From Pseudomonadota bacterium (GTDB lineage Bacteria > Myxococcota > JACRCW01 > JAFGSX01), in the NCBI GenBank assembly GCA_043821645.1, contig JBDRCO010000065.1, forward strand, positions 64,157-128,156: a DNA stretch of 64,000 nucleotides. Direction: 5' to 3'. Shown here in pieces: positions 49,824 through 59,543 of the stretch. The notes beneath the pieces were generated by a model that worked only from the letters and a program-made list of their open reading frames with translations, was not told the origin of the DNA and ran no database searches. The position numbers were made by a program, and so were the translations under genes. How positions within the stretch are numbered: position 1 is the stretch's first letter; every line of letters begins with the position of its first letter.

Positions 49824-52247
49824 TCAATCGGCTCGGCGCTGTCTCCGCCACGCCCCATCGAGCTGGTCGAGGGCGCGATCGATATCCCAGCCCAGGGTTC
49901 CCTCGGCGTAGCTGCCGTCCAGGGCGGGCTCGCCAAAGGGTCGGCCGGTGATCAGCTCCAGCGCCTGCTCGATGGTCTCGACCGCGTGCACCGCGAACTT
50001 GCCCTGGCGGCAGGCCTCGACCAGTTCTTCCCGCAACATCAACTCATCGATGTTGGCGACCGGAATCACGGCGGCGTGGAGGCCATCGAGGCCACGGCCG
50101 CTGCACACGGCGAAGAAGCCCTCGATCTTCTCGTTGGTGCCCCCGACCGCCTGGACGCGACCGAACTGATCCATGGACCCTGTCACCGCAAAGCGCTGCT
50201 GGATGGGAAACCCACCCAGCGCTGAGAGCAGGGCACAGGCCTCGGCAAGCGAAGCGCTGTCACCGTCGATCGGAATGTAGCTCTGCTCAATGCACAGCCG
50301 GGCCGCGATCCGGAGCGGCCGCAGCCGGGCAAAGCGCTGGGCGATCAGGCCATGAAGGATGAGCATGCCCTTGGTGTGAATGGGGCCGCCGAGTTCGGTC
50401 TCCCGCTCGATGTCGAGCAGGTCGCCCCGGCCGAGGGCCACGGTGGCCGTGACGCGCGCAGGGTGGCCGAAGGCGTAGGAGCCCAGGTCCACGACGGTGA
50501 GCCCATTGATCTGGCCCACGGTCTCACCCGCGAGATCGATGCGCACCACACCGTGCTCGATCTCCTCGCGCATGCGCGACTCGAGAAACGCCTCGCGCTC
50601 GGTCCGGGCGTTCAGGGCAGCGCGCACATCGTCGGCATGCACCAGAGCGGCCTGGCGCTGGCGCGCATAGAAGCTGGCCTCGCGCAGGAGATCGGCGATC
50701 TCGCCAAAGCGCGTCGAGAGCTTGTCCCGCCGCGACGCGAGGCGGGCGGCATGCTCGACCGCCCGGGCCACTCCGCTCTTCTCGAGGCCAAGCAGTTTCT
50801 CTTCCCGCGCCAGGGCGCAGAGAAAACGCGCGTAGCCCTGCAGGTTGACCTCGGAACGCGGCACCTCGACGTCGAAGTCGACCTTGACTTTGAACAGCTT
50901 GCGAAAATCGGGGTCGTTGCGCGACAGCAGGTAGTAGATGTCGGGCGTGCCGATGATCAGCACCTTGAGTTGCAGCGGGATGGGCTCGGGCCGCAGCGAC
51001 GCGATGGAGATCATGCGGCCGGACTCGCCCGGGTCCTCGATCTCCACCTTGCGGTTCTTGAGCGCGCGCTTGAGTCCATCCCAAGCCGCGGCGTCCCGCA
51101 GCAGCTCGATGGCGTCGACGACGAGGTAGCCACCATTGGCCAGGTGCAGGGCGCCGGGTTTGATGCGCGTGAAGTCGGTGATGGTCTCGCCACCCCGCAT
51201 GCGGTGCTCGACCCGGCCGAGCAGGTTGAAGGGGGTGGGGTGGGTTTCCTCGATGACAGGGGCGCCTTCGAGCTTGCTGTTGTCCACGAAGACGTTGACC
51301 TTGTACCGCATGGCTGGCGGCAGATCGTCCTCGGAGAGCATGAGAGGTGGCGCACTTGGCATCGCCTCCGCACCCTCTTCCTCGGAATCGGCGACTTCTG
51401 CCACGGGCCGGAAGGCATCGACATTGTCGATGATATCGTCGCGGATCTTGTCGAAGTGCTCCTTCAGGGTGGCGATCTGGCCGAACTTCTCGTGCAGCTC
51501 TGCCATCAGGGGCTCGATGGCAGCGGTCACGATCTCCCGATCCAGTGCCTCGATCTGCTCCTCGGTCTGGCGCTCCAGCTGCCGGATCACCCGCACCGCA
51601 CCCTCGAGCATTTCTTCGAGCAGGCGGGACTCGTCCTCCAGCTTCTTGCGCTGGGCCTCGGGGAGATCGGCGTACTCGTCCTCGGTCAGGGGCTCGCCGT
51701 CGCGCGTGGGGCCCAGGGTGATACCGGTCTGGGTCCGGCGCAGCAAGAAGCCCCGGCGCTCGGCCTCGGCATCGACGCCAGCCAGGGCCTTGTCGGTCTT
51801 GTCCTCGTGCTCGCTGGCCACGGCTTCCCGGCGACGGTGATAGCTCTCGGCCTCGAAGGCCTTGGTCACCACGTGCTCGAGCCGGTCGATGAAGCCGTCC
51901 ACGTGCCGACGGAGGCGGGAGGCGGTTCCCGCTGGCATGCGCACCGCCCGGGGGTGATCCGGATTGTCGAAGTTATAGAGCAGACACCAGTCATCGGGCA
52001 CGGGCTGCGCCCGCGCGAAGCGCGCCAGCTCGGATCTCACGGTCGAGGTGCGGCCGGTGCCGGGCGCGCCCACCACGAACAGGTTGAAGCCCCGCTCAAG
52101 GATGCCCAGACCGACCTCGAGGGCGCGCAGGGCCCGGTCCTGCCCCAGGGCGCCCGGACGCGCCAGCGCATCGTCACCGATCTCGATGTCCAGGGTCGTG
52201 GAGTCCAGGGTCCAGCGCAGATCCGCGGGGGCCAGGGTCTGAGTCAT
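49824..52247 (-). CDS. Lon-like protease (LonB/LonC type, S16)
   Basis: GQDRA, GAPGTGRT, IKPGALHLANGG, GQINGL, catalytic DGDSAS and GGTNEKIEGF. Start at ATG 52247 overlaps the SDR stop. Confidence 0.92.
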   Translation of the reverse strand: MTQTLAPADLRWTLDSTTLDIEIGDDALARPGALGQDRALRALEVGLGILERGFNLFVVGAPGTGRTSTVRSELARFARAQPVPDDWCLLYNFDNPDHPRAVRMPAGTASRLRRHVDGFIDRLEHVVTKAFEAESYHRRREAVASEHEDKTDKALAGVDAEAERRGFLLRRTQTGITLGPTRDGEPLTEDEYADLPEAQRKKLEDESRLLEEMLEGAVRVIRQLERQTEEQIEALDREIVTAAIEPLMAELHEKFGQIATLKEHFDKIRDDIIDNVDAFRPVAEVADSEEEGAEAMPSAPPLMLSEDDLPPAMRYKVNVFVDNSKLEGAPVIEETHPTPFNLLGRVEHRMRGGETITDFTRIKPGALHLANGGYLVVDAIELLRDAAAWDGLKRALKNRKVEIEDPGESGRMISIASLRPEPIPLQLKVLIIGTPDIYYLLSRNDPDFRKLFKVKVDFDVEVPRSEVNLQGYARFLCALAREEKLLGLEKSGVARAVEHAARLASRRDKLSTRFGEIADLLREASFYARQRQAALVHADDVRAALNARTEREAFLESRMREEIEHGVVRIDLAGETVGQINGLTVVDLGSYAFGHPARVTATVALGRGDLLDIERETELGGPIHTKGMLILHGLIAQRFARLRPLRIAARLCIEQSYIPIDGDSASLAEACALLSALGGFPIQQRFAVTGSMDQFGRVQAVGGTNEKIEGFFAVCSGRGLDGLHAAVIPVANIDELMLREELVEACRQGKFAVHAVETIEQALELITGRPFGEPALDGSYAEGTLGWDIDRALDQLDGAWRRQRRAD

Positions 52248-53398
52248 GCGGTCCTCGGCGCGGCGTCGAGAGCATCCTCGATGTCGCTCGGCTCGTGAGC
52301 GCGTTTGTCCCGCAGGTGGCGCCGCACGTAGCGGATGAGGTTGTCGTAGTAGCTCTCGAAGCGCGGGCAATGGATCCCCGTGCCTTCGAGCAACTCGAGG
52401 GTGCTGGGGCAGTTGTAGATCGCGATGTGGTTGAGGAAGTCCAGGGTCTGGGCCGAGTGACGGGCCACCTTCTCGAGCCCGGGGACCTTGAGCAGCAGCC
52501 GGGTCAGGCTGTAGTTCAGGTTCCACCGTGGCATGCGTTTGCCCGCGCGCTGCGCGAACAGCTCGTACACCATGCGCGACGACAGCGGGTTGGGATCTAC
52601 CACGTGGAAGGTGCGTCCTATGGCGCGTGGATCCAGCGAGATGCGATGGCAGGCGCTGACCACATAGTCGATCGGCACCATGTTCAGGGGCGCCACTCCC
52701 TCGACGGGCAAGGGCACGGGCACGGCCACGGGGGAGGCCACGATCAGGATGCCAAAGTGATAGATGCCGCGAAACTGGTCGATCTCGCCGGTGCGCGAGT
52801 CGCCAACCACGATGGAGGGCCTGAAGATCGTGATGGGCAGCTCGTCCCTGGCGTCCTGCACCAGCTTCTCGCCGAGGAACTTGGTGCGCTCGTACTCGTT
52901 TCGAAAGCCCTGCCCCTGGTCGAGCTCTTCCTCGGTGATCACACCGACGCGGGTTCCGGACACGAAGCAGGTCGAGAAATGATTGAAGCGCGCGAGGTGC
53001 GTACACTCGCGGGCGAGGTCGAGCACCTGGCGCGTGCCATCCACGTTGACGCGGTACAGCTCGCGCTTGGGCACGCCGAGATAGTAGATGGCCGCCAGGT
53101 GATAGATGTCGGTCACTTCGTCGACAACCTGCCGGTACTCGTCCCCGGACAGACCCATGTCCATCGCCACGATGTCGCCGGCGAGGATCTGGGCGCGAGA
53201 ACTCTGATCGGCAGGCAAGCCCGCCAGGCTCTCACGAGCCTTTTCCAGGAACTTCTCCTGGGTCAGGAGAAGAATGCGCGCGTCGTCCTCGGCTGCCAGG
53301 ATCGTCTGCACCAGGCGCTGACCGATGAAGCCCGGATACCCTGTCATCAACACCACGCGACGTCGCGCGCGGCTGCGTGTCGTGCTCGGTGCCCCCAT
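52244..53398 (-). CDS. Extended SDR oxidoreductase (thioester-reductase / NAD_binding_4-like)
   Basis: TGYPGFIG, HLAA, NVDGT, YERTK and RPSIVVGDS. Start uncertain. Confidence 0.9.
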   Translation of the reverse strand: MGAPSTTRSRARRRVVLMTGYPGFIGQRLVQTILAAEDDARILLLTQEKFLEKARESLAGLPADQSSRAQILAGDIVAMDMGLSGDEYRQVVDEVTDIYHLAAIYYLGVPKRELYRVNVDGTRQVLDLARECTHLARFNHFSTCFVSGTRVGVITEEELDQGQGFRNEYERTKFLGEKLVQDARDELPITIFRPSIVVGDSRTGEIDQFRGIYHFGILIVASPVAVPVPLPVEGVAPLNMVPIDYVVSACHRISLDPRAIGRTFHVVDPNPLSSRMVYELFAQRAGKRMPRWNLNYSLTRLLLKVPGLEKVARHSAQTLDFLNHIAIYNCPSTLELLEGTGIHCPRFESYYDNLIRYVRRHLRDKRAHEPSDIEDALDAAPRTA

Positions 53399-53761
53399 CC
53401 TGGCCCCACTGCGGGCGACCCCGACGCGCAACGTGCGCGCAGGTACCTGGCCCGTCGTCGAGGCATTCGGGTAACACGCCCGCCGCCTTGGCACAAGACG
53501 CGGATACCGGGTGCGCCGGGTGTCGCGTGGCACCCGTCAGTGCCGCGGCGGGTGGTCCAGTCCGAACCAGGGTCCCAGGTGGACACAGAGAGAGGCGCAA
53601 TACTGCCACACCGACCGGAGACCGGCCCGACGAGTCCCGGTGAAGCACCACGTTGGCGACGACACCGGGTGGCACGTCGAGCGCTCTGCAGCGTTGCCTT
53701 TTTTTAAGATGTTGCTACAGTGCCGCGTCGATCTGCGACACCCTATCAACGAGGAAGCGCC

Positions 53762-54277
53762 ATGAAGATCCTTCGCGTTGCTCCCATCGTGGCCCTGTCT
53801 GCCCTGCTTCTCTCCGCGCCGGTGATGGCCCAGGACGAAGCACCTCCTGCTGACGAGGCCGCCGCTGCGACCGAGGCGACCCCGGGTGACGAGACACCTG
53901 CAGCCGACACGCAGCCTGCTGTCGACGAGGGCGTGGCAGCGGAGGTCCAGCCGGCGGAAAGCATGCCGGCCGAGGATACCGCTCCCGTTGTCGAGACCAC
54001 GGCCACGACGCCTGCCGATCCCGAACCGGTCGCCGAGCCCGAGACGGCCGTCGAGCCCGCTCCCGCAGTCACTCCGGCCGAGGAAGACTGGACCTGGATG
54101 ACCGTGGCCGGCTGGTCGGCTCTGGGTGTGGGCACCGTGGCGACGGTGGTCGGCGCGGTGATCCTGTCCAATCCCGGCGACAACCTGCAGATGCCCCTGG
54201 GCCTCGGCTTTTTCGGCTCGGGTGCACTCGTTGGAGTTGCCGGCGCCGTGCTGCTGTACCTCGACTCCGACGGCTGA
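53762..54277 (+). CDS. Exported acidic Pro/Ala/Glu-rich protein with C-terminal hydrophobic hairpin
   Basis: Signal peptide ending VMA-Q, a low-complexity linker and two Gly-rich hydrophobic segments. Confidence 0.75.
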   Translation: MKILRVAPIVALSALLLSAPVMAQDEAPPADEAAAATEATPGDETPAADTQPAVDEGVAAEVQPAESMPAEDTAPVVETTATTPADPEPVAEPETAVEPAPAVTPAEEDWTWMTVAGWSALGVGTVATVVGAVILSNPGDNLQMPLGLGFFGSGALVGVAGAVLLYLDSDG

Positions 54278-54441
54278 TCTCCCCCCACCACGCCTCGCTC
54301 TGTTTGCCACCCCCCCTTGACATGCTCCGGTGATCCTGTGTCCTGCACCCTGCCCTGCAGGCTGCAAGCAGCGGTCGGGAAGCCCTGTCAGGTTTTCGGT
54401 GGCGACGGCGAGACGGCGAACGAAGAGCCTCCGGCGCGCTC

Positions 54442-55086
54442 CTAAAACCGCCACCGATCAAAGGCCATGAGGTGGTAGAAGGGCATGAGCCTGACGATGG
54501 CCTCGGCGATGCGCCCCTTGGTCAGGCGCAGGGCCTCGGCGCCCTTCCATCCAACCCCGATGTCGAGGCGCGCGCTCTTCTTGGTGGCCACGCGGCCACC
54601 GAGAGTGCTCCAGAACAGGGCCTCCGCCGCGGGAGCCGGGTCTGGCAGGCCGTCCGGGGATACCTCCTCGAAGGTGCGCAGGGCGCCCAGCTGCTGGGCA
54701 TGACGTGCCAGCTCGGGGCTCCGCTCGACCACAACCTCCCCGATCTTGACCTTGCGCGAGCACTCCTCGCGGACCTGCACGCGCACGTGAACCGCATTCA
54801 GGCTGACGCCCACGGCGAAGAAAGGCTCTTTCTTGTAGTTGCGCGCCCCTGGACCCAGGGCGAGCCAGGTCTCGTCGGGCGGGGTCTTCTTCTTTCGGGT
54901 GTGCACGGCCAGGGCCGCATGCAACTCCTCGCCAGTGCGCACGGCCAGCTCATCGATGAGCTCGTGTCCCAGGCTCTGTAGCTTGGGATCGAGCCTGCCC
55001 TCGATGGCACTGATACGGGCCTCGGGTTCCGGTATGCTGAAGACCGCCAGATCGTCGCGATTGAACACTGCCATGTGGTCTGTCAC
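54442..55086 (-). CDS. DUF1054 / UPF0637 (YktB-like) protein
   Basis: F...D..VF.I.....R..AI.....PKL..LG and H.R....PPDETWLA......YKK.P.F. Confidence 0.75.
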   Translation of the reverse strand: MTDHMAVFNRDDLAVFSIPEPEARISAIEGRLDPKLQSLGHELIDELAVRTGEELHAALAVHTRKKKTPPDETWLALGPGARNYKKEPFFAVGVSLNAVHVRVQVREECSRKVKIGEVVVERSPELARHAQQLGALRTFEEVSPDGLPDPAPAAEALFWSTLGGRVATKKSARLDIGVGWKGAEALRLTKGRIAEAIVRLMPFYHLMAFDRWRF

Positions 55087-55282
55087 CTGCCTGGGCGCGA
55101 CGCGCCTTCGCTAGAACCGAGGTTATACCTGAGCTGGCCGGGGCGAGCCAGTGCTTGCGACCTGTCGTCGAGAAACCGTGACACGGGCCATCGGTCTGTC
55201 TCGCCACGCGCGCCCAGCACGCAGCGGTGAGCCCTGCGTCCTGTCGACCCAGTGGGGAGCGCACCGGAAGCTGGAGGAAAGG

Positions 55283-55741
55283 CTAGAGTGAGCGCCGCAC
55301 CATGAGCTCGGTGTCTCCGACACGTACGATGTCACCCGCCGCGAGATCGGCGTCCTGGACCAGCTGACCATTGACCAGAGTCCCGTTGGTGCTCATGAGA
55401 TCCACCACGCTCAGACCCTGCTCACCGTGAAACAGGATGGCGTGGGTTCGCGAGATGCCGCCGTCGTCCAGGCTGAGGTCCGCCGAACGCTCACGCAGCT
55501 GGAGTCGATGGCCGTGGCTGGCGCCCCGGGTCCGGATGTGCTGCTCGGCCAGACCCACGGCCTGGGAGTTGAGCAGGCGATCACCGCCGGCGGCAAGCTG
55601 CATCGTGGCATCGAGCTGCGACTCCGCGCGAACCACAACGCAGTAGGCCCCGGGGGCGAGCCGCACTCGCTCACCCTGGCTTTCCCCGTTGAGGACCTCG
55701 ATCTCGAAACGAGCAGTCACCGCAGCACCCCCGTGCGCCAT
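55283..55741 (-). CDS. FHA domain protein
   Basis: DGGISRTHA, DLMSTNGTLVNG and GDIVRVG. Only the last ~150 codons of track ORF 55283..57529 look real. Confidence 0.88.
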   Translation of the reverse strand: MAHGGAAVTARFEIEVLNGESQGERVRLAPGAYCVVVRAESQLDATMQLAAGGDRLLNSQAVGLAEQHIRTRGASHGHRLQLRERSADLSLDDGGISRTHAILFHGEQGLSVVDLMSTNGTLVNGQLVQDADLAAGDIVRVGDTELMVRRSL

Positions 55742-55945
55742 GGCCGGCATCCTAGCAGACCTTTTTCGCCAGGTGCAGTGGACAGCGTCGGGGGTGGTTG
55801 CAGTGGCCCCCCCGCTCCCGCTATCCTGCGGCGGCACGATCGTCGTCACCGAAGGATTCTTGAATGTTGCCATGGCAAGAAATCGCCGTGCGCTCCAGGG
55901 CGGCGAGAGGGGCGGGACGGACGTTCCCGGGGAAGAGCAGCGCGC

Positions 55946-58036
55946 ATGAGTAAGAGCCTCCTCGTCGTCGAGGATGACGAAAATGTCCAGCGGTTCCTGA
56001 CCGACCTGTTGCTGGAAGAGGGCTTCCACGTCGTCTGTGAAAAAGACGGCGAGTGGGCCCTGCGCGCCATCGAGCGACGCGCCTTTGACCTGGTCATCCT
56101 CGACGTGGTGTTGCCTGGGCGCAACGGGTTCGAGGTCGCCGAGGAGATGCGCGGCATGCGCAACGGCGCCGAGGTCCCGCTGCTCATGATCAGCGGCATC
56201 TATCGCGGCGCGCGCCATCGCAGTGAGGCCATGACCCGCTACGGCGCCGTCGAGTACCTGGACAAGCCCATCTCCATCGATAGGCTGACCGAGGTACTGC
56301 GCCAGGTGTTTGGCGATGCCTACCCGGATCCCTCGGACCGCTCCCGGGTCAGGCGCGCCATCGATCGTGCGACCTCTGGCGACAAGCTGGCGGACACCGC
56401 GAGCAAGGATGAGCGGCGCGAGGTCGAGACCGCCGCGCGCGATGATTTCAAGGGGGGCAAGGTCGCGCGTGGCGATCTCTCGCACTCGCCCTTCGCAGAG
56501 GTCCTGGCACAGCTCTACCGCTGGCGCTCCACCGGCGCTCTCCTGCTCAAGCGCCACAAGGTCAAGAAGATCGTCTTCTTCAAGGACGGCTACCCCTCGT
56601 ACGTCAAGTCCAACGTCCTGGCGGAATGCCTGGGCAAGGTGATGGTGCGAGAGCGTCTCATCACCGCCGCGGAATGCGAGGAGTCCCTGGCGCTGATGAA
56701 GACCAAGAAGAGGCAGCAGGGCACGGTGCTCATCGAGATGGGCTGCATCTCGCCGCACAACCTGGTGTACGCCCTCGAGCTGCAACTGCAGACCAAGCTC
56801 TTTGACTTGTTCAACTGGGTCGAAGGGGACTACCAGTTCAACCCCAAGGCCGCCCCACCCTCGGAGATCGTCGAGCTGGGCATGACCCCGGCCACCATCA
56901 TCTACGAGGGGATCAAGCGGACCCACGACGTGGTCAGGCTCAGGAAGCTCCTGGCAGATCACACGGACAGCTTTCTGGTGGTGCATTCGGATCCCCTGCA
57001 GCGCTTTCAGGAAGTGGACCTGAGCACCGCCGAGCGTCGCCTGGTGGCGCTCATCGACGGCAAGAAGACCCTCAAGAACATCCTCGAGAAACAGCTGCTG
57101 CCTGAGGATCGCTGCCTGCCCCTCATCTATGCCCTGATCGCGGCGCAGATGGTGCGACCCGAGGTCAAGAGCGCACCCAAGCGCGACCGCATCGAGACCA
57201 CGGGCATGATCAACAAAATCGTCGAGCCCGCCTCGCCGCCGCCTTCGCCCGCCAAGGCACCGGCCCGCGGCAGTGCGGCACCGGCCCCCAGCCCGCAGCC
57301 CACGCGCGAGCACGCCGAGCGCGAGGAGCTGGCCCGCAAGGCAAAAGAAATGCGCAAGATGACCTACTACGAGATGCTGGGAGTCGCGCGCACGGCCTCG
57401 GCAGAGGAGATCAAGAAGGCCTACTACGCTTTGACCCGGGAGTACCACCCGGACCGCCACTACGCGACCGCCGCGGCAGACGTGCGGGCGCTGGCGGACC
57501 AGATCTACTCGATGATCCACACGGCCCACGAGGTATTGAGCAGCACCGCAGACCGCGAAGCCTACGACAGCGATCTGCTGACCGGTCTGAAGAAGGGTGC
57601 TGTCGACGAGGTCTCGCGCATCCTGGCAGCAGAGAGCAAATTCCAGCGCGGCGAGGCGCTGATGAAGAAGCGTCAGTACGACAAAGCCGTGGATGCATTT
57701 CGCGAGGCCCTGGAGCTATACAGCGACGAGGGTGAGTTTCACGCCCACCTGGGATGGTCCCTGTTTCAGACCGACCCCAACAACGCCGCCACCCAGCGCC
57801 AGGCCGAGGACCACATCCAGCGCGGGATCGAGCTCAATCCCAAGATCGACAAGGCCTATCTGTTTCTCGGCTACCTGTACAAGGCGACCACCCGCCGTGA
57901 CGAGGCCGAGGGACAGTTCGAGAAGGCCATCCAGTGCAACCCGGACTGCGTCGAGGCCTTGCGAGAGCTGCGTCTGCTCGAGCAGAACCGTGTGCGCGAG
58001 CAGAAGGGTGGCCTGTTCACGGACAAGGCCACCTGA
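55946..58036 (+). CDS. Response regulator receiver + DUF4388-like + DnaJ + TPR protein
   Basis: REC (VVEDD, LDVVLPG, KP), GDLSHSPFAEVL...STGAL, a J domain (YYEMLGV...YHPDR) and C-terminal TPRs. Confidence 0.9.
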   Translation: MSKSLLVVEDDENVQRFLTDLLLEEGFHVVCEKDGEWALRAIERRAFDLVILDVVLPGRNGFEVAEEMRGMRNGAEVPLLMISGIYRGARHRSEAMTRYGAVEYLDKPISIDRLTEVLRQVFGDAYPDPSDRSRVRRAIDRATSGDKLADTASKDERREVETAARDDFKGGKVARGDLSHSPFAEVLAQLYRWRSTGALLLKRHKVKKIVFFKDGYPSYVKSNVLAECLGKVMVRERLITAAECEESLALMKTKKRQQGTVLIEMGCISPHNLVYALELQLQTKLFDLFNWVEGDYQFNPKAAPPSEIVELGMTPATIIYEGIKRTHDVVRLRKLLADHTDSFLVVHSDPLQRFQEVDLSTAERRLVALIDGKKTLKNILEKQLLPEDRCLPLIYALIAAQMVRPEVKSAPKRDRIETTGMINKIVEPASPPPSPAKAPARGSAAPAPSPQPTREHAEREELARKAKEMRKMTYYEMLGVARTASAEEIKKAYYALTREYHPDRHYATAAADVRALADQIYSMIHTAHEVLSSTADREAYDSDLLTGLKKGAVDEVSRILAAESKFQRGEALMKKRQYDKAVDAFREALELYSDEGEFHAHLGWSLFQTDPNNAATQRQAEDHIQRGIELNPKIDKAYLFLGYLYKATTRRDEAEGQFEKAIQCNPDCVEALRELRLLEQNRVREQKGGLFTDKAT

Positions 58037-58039
58037 CCC

Positions 58040-59455
58040 GTGCCCTTCACCGATCAGCGACGCGCCCTGGTTCGAAAGCTGGAACAGCTCGAGGGCGCCA
58101 TCCTGTGGGATGCGTCCTACGAGAAGGACTATCTGTGTCCTGACGACGAGGCTGCGCTGCGCTACGCCTTTGCCCTGGCGCGGATCTCTGCGGTACCTGT
58201 CGGCAAGGACGTCGTCGACATCGGCTACAGCACCGATCGCTATCGCAACAAGCTGCACGCGCTGGTGGCGCCAGCCTACGAGGCCGCGTCGTATCCCGAG
58301 AGCGCCGTGGGTCATGTGATCCCGGAGCTGCGCAAGCTGGCACGCGAAGAACGCGAAGCGTTGCTCGAACTGTTCGGCCCTCGCCTGCCCGAGGATGCCC
58401 TGGAGCGGGCACTCCGGCACCGGCCCTTCGGACTGGCCCTGGGTGGAGGCGGCGGTGTGGCCTACGTGTTCCTCGGCGCCTTCGCGCTGATGCACGAGGC
58501 GGGGCTGGTACCGGATCTGATCGCGGGCACCAGCATGGGATCGATCCTGGGTGCCTTCCGCGCCCTCGAGCGCGAGTTTCGCCCCACCACGGTGCGGGAG
58601 GTCATCGGCAACCTGCAATGGCGCGACCTGCTGAGGGTCTTCGAGAGCGGCAGCCGCTTTGGCCTGCCCGCGACCTTCAAGCTGTTCCTGCGCAATGGCA
58701 TCGGACGCCACTTCGAGCGCGACGGCCGCATGCTGAACCTGGACGAGATGGCGATTCCGTACCGGGTGGTAGTGGGAGGCATCTCCGCCGCCCACCTGGG
58801 CGACGTCAACCGCTATGCGAACCTCATCGATGCCAGCGAGGCCCACGAGCGCAAGCGCTGGCCCATCGAGCGCATCGCCCGGGCCCTGGCCGAGATCCTG
58901 CAAAAGCCTCTGAAGACCATCGTGCTCGGCGGCGATGAACTGACCCGGGACTTCGACGTGGTCGATGCCCTGGGCTTCTCGTCGTCTGTACCCGCCATCG
59001 TCCACTACGACATCCTGCGCGAGGACCCGCGCATGATCGAGAAGGTCGAGGCCCTGCTGCAGCGTGAAGGTGTCGCCCGCCTGGTCGACGGTGGCGTGGT
59101 CGACAACCTGCCGGCGCGCGCGGTGTGGGAAGCGGTGCAGGGCGGAGCCATCGGCGCACGCGATCCCTTCGTGCTGGCCCTGGACGCCTTTGCCCCGCGC
59201 ATCGAGTTCGACAGCAATGTGCTGTTCCTGCCGCTCATGCGCCTGGCTGCCGAGACAAGCAAGACCGGCTACGCCGTGGCGCATCACGTGGTGAGCTTCC
59301 GCGATGTGCTGTCTCCGCTCACCGTGGTCCCCACCGAGGCCCAGGTCGCCAAGGCCATTGCCACGGGGCGGGCCCAGTTCGAGAAACATCTGCCCTTCGT
59401 CCAGAAAATGCTGTCCCCGGTACCCCGGGGAGAGGGCATCGTGGGCGAGAGCTGA
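58040..59455 (+). CDS. Patatin-like phospholipase
   Basis: LALGGGGG, GTSMG and DGG. Confidence 0.92.
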   Translation: MPFTDQRRALVRKLEQLEGAILWDASYEKDYLCPDDEAALRYAFALARISAVPVGKDVVDIGYSTDRYRNKLHALVAPAYEAASYPESAVGHVIPELRKLAREEREALLELFGPRLPEDALERALRHRPFGLALGGGGGVAYVFLGAFALMHEAGLVPDLIAGTSMGSILGAFRALEREFRPTTVREVIGNLQWRDLLRVFESGSRFGLPATFKLFLRNGIGRHFERDGRMLNLDEMAIPYRVVVGGISAAHLGDVNRYANLIDASEAHERKRWPIERIARALAEILQKPLKTIVLGGDELTRDFDVVDALGFSSSVPAIVHYDILREDPRMIEKVEALLQREGVARLVDGGVVDNLPARAVWEAVQGGAIGARDPFVLALDAFAPRIEFDSNVLFLPLMRLAAETSKTGYAVAHHVVSFRDVLSPLTVVPTEAQVAKAIATGRAQFEKHLPFVQKMLSPVPRGEGIVGES

Positions 59456-59543
59456 GATCGGGCGCGGAGCATCGCCCGCCTGGGGCACCTTGGTGCCGGA
59501 GTTCTCGACGACACCGGTGGTTCCACTCCTGCGGCAGGAACCT

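Noticed and set aside
52248-53006. 250-aa N-terminal extension of the Lon-like ORF
   Set aside because: It is an Arg-rich off-frame reading of the SDR gene. ATG 52247 gives a normal 4-bp overlap.
55742-57529. 748-aa ORF apparently fusing a long N-terminus to the FHA domain
   Set aside because: The upstream part is the antisense of the REC-DnaJ gene. Only 55283..~55741 has FHA motifs.
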